Shown: one piece after another, positions 62,728 through 64,000 of the stretch
Layout: each line of letters opens with the position of its first letter
How positions within the stretch are numbered: position 1 is the stretch's first letter
Assembly: GCA_040954595.2 (NCBI GenBank)
Contig: CM082591.2
Span: 8,050,047-8,114,046 of the forward strand
Origin: Balanoglossus misakiensis
Taxonomy: Eukaryota > Animalia > Hemichordata
Length of the DNA stretch: 64,000 nucleotides
Direction: 5' to 3'
Position numbers and translations under genes: made by a program
Notes under the pieces: model-generated
The model's input: only the letters and a program-made list of their open reading frames with translations
What the model was told of the DNA's origin: nothing
Database searches by the model: none

Positions 62728-64000
62728 GTTGAAGTATTGAACTGGTTGAACTATTGAATGCACTGATTTATATAAGCGGGGAAAATTGTACTTGTATTAT
62801 ATATATTTTTGTGTCCTCTACAATTTCGGATATCATGAATTCCCATCAACTATTCCCCGGCCCCGTGTATGCTATGGAGCTACCATGCCCGTACGTCTAA
62901 ATCTGGTAGGAACGCGATGTTCTTTTGTTTCCTAAATGGTGTCGTGCGCAAAAGCAATGCCGCGATGACGTCACAACAAGCCCAAGCTTGAAGGTAAGAA
63001 AACTGGTCATTTTCGTTTCAGTTTAATAATGCCGAATTGAGGGTCTTCTGTTTCTTCTTAGACAGTGTGTTGAAAGGGTTAACGTGGTCTAAGAGCATAT
63101 CGTATGTAGCTCGAACAAATTAGACGATCAGAAGGCAAGCTAAGGCTGCGAGTTTCGGGGCTTCAATTTATGTAGCTCCCAGAATGCTTGCTTATTTTTG
63201 AGGCCCCGCAGTCTGAATAATAACATGTTTCCGCAAAGGCCTATACGAGGTACATACTAAATTCACGTTGCAGACTACAAGGGCAGGTTTGTGTCCCGGT
63301 GCATGGCGGTCCAGGTTGGTTTCCCAGCGTTCCACTACCCATCTTCCTTTTCAAACGTGCTTGCTTTAGACGAAGTGTTTGTAACATGCGCTAAAGACGA
63401 CATAGTTCTCCGTGTACCCGATAATTTGGCGAGAGTTTGTTTGTGTGTGTTGGGAGACGCCTAAACAATGATCCAAGAGGCTTATGCGTTCTCGTCGAAG
63501 TCTCGACACCTCGCATGGTTCGGAAAATCCCGCGTCGTTTCCCTTTGAAAGCCGTCCTGAAAAATGTATCCGAGTGTCAGGAATATATGTCGTCTGATCA
63601 GAAACTCAGTTCACTGGGTACTGTGTTACATATGCTTCGTGCCTTGCACAAGTTGATTTATACAACTGTAAAACCGATTTACAGTATCGCCATATTGATT
63701 ATTGTTGAATCTGATTGTACTTTGTCGTGACCGGTTGTTCAGTACAATGCTATATGCATACGATTGCATGTCTTGTTCACTGTGCTATAGATAGTCTAGT
63801 ATTTAACTGTGCTAGTACATGTATGATGTAGCAATAGTAGCTCCCAGGTGGCATTTTGATGTTTTTATTCGCCCCACGAACTGATTTTACTTCATTCTTG
63901 ACCCTAAAAATGAAGCCCTGTGCTTCTGAACAGTGATATAAATGGCCCCAGTAGAGCTATGTAACTCCATTTTGCTTCCTGTGCAAAATCTCCACTCATT

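Noticed and set aside
62900-64000. Possible promoter or first exon (TGACGTCA near 62966, AAG|gtaag near 62993, IRF-like GAAA repeats) and a 97-aa ORF
   Set aside because: Short motifs expected by chance; no recognisable protein similarity or downstream exon in the window.

Overview
AT-rich, repeat-dense eukaryotic (metazoan) DNA with GT-AG introns. A marine invertebrate deuterostome is my inference. The window holds two tandem minus-strand paralogues (A: 5087-19565, about 1827 aa; B: 40128-52822, about 2550 aa) of an 8-coding-exon gene, reconstructed by hand with consistent intron phases. The predicted cytosolic protein has, in order: partial repeats plus a full, catalytically degenerate GT4/GT-B glycosyltransferase-like domain; a TRADD-N-like module; a coiled coil; a 36-aa VNTR stalk (about 7.5 units in A, 31.5 in B); and a C-terminal NHL beta-propeller. 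The paralogues are nearly identical except for about 30 substitutions at the predicted ligand-binding face of the propeller, which suggests a diversifying innate-immune receptor family. Also present: a young full-length Ty3/gypsy element in A's last intron, a 4.2-kb foldback element, several MITE families (TTAA-type, 9-bp-TSD type, subterminal-hairpin type), satellites and minisatellites (165, 112, 127, about 154 bp), and an isolated GNPTAB exon. All domain calls come from motif recognition by eye; no searches were run.
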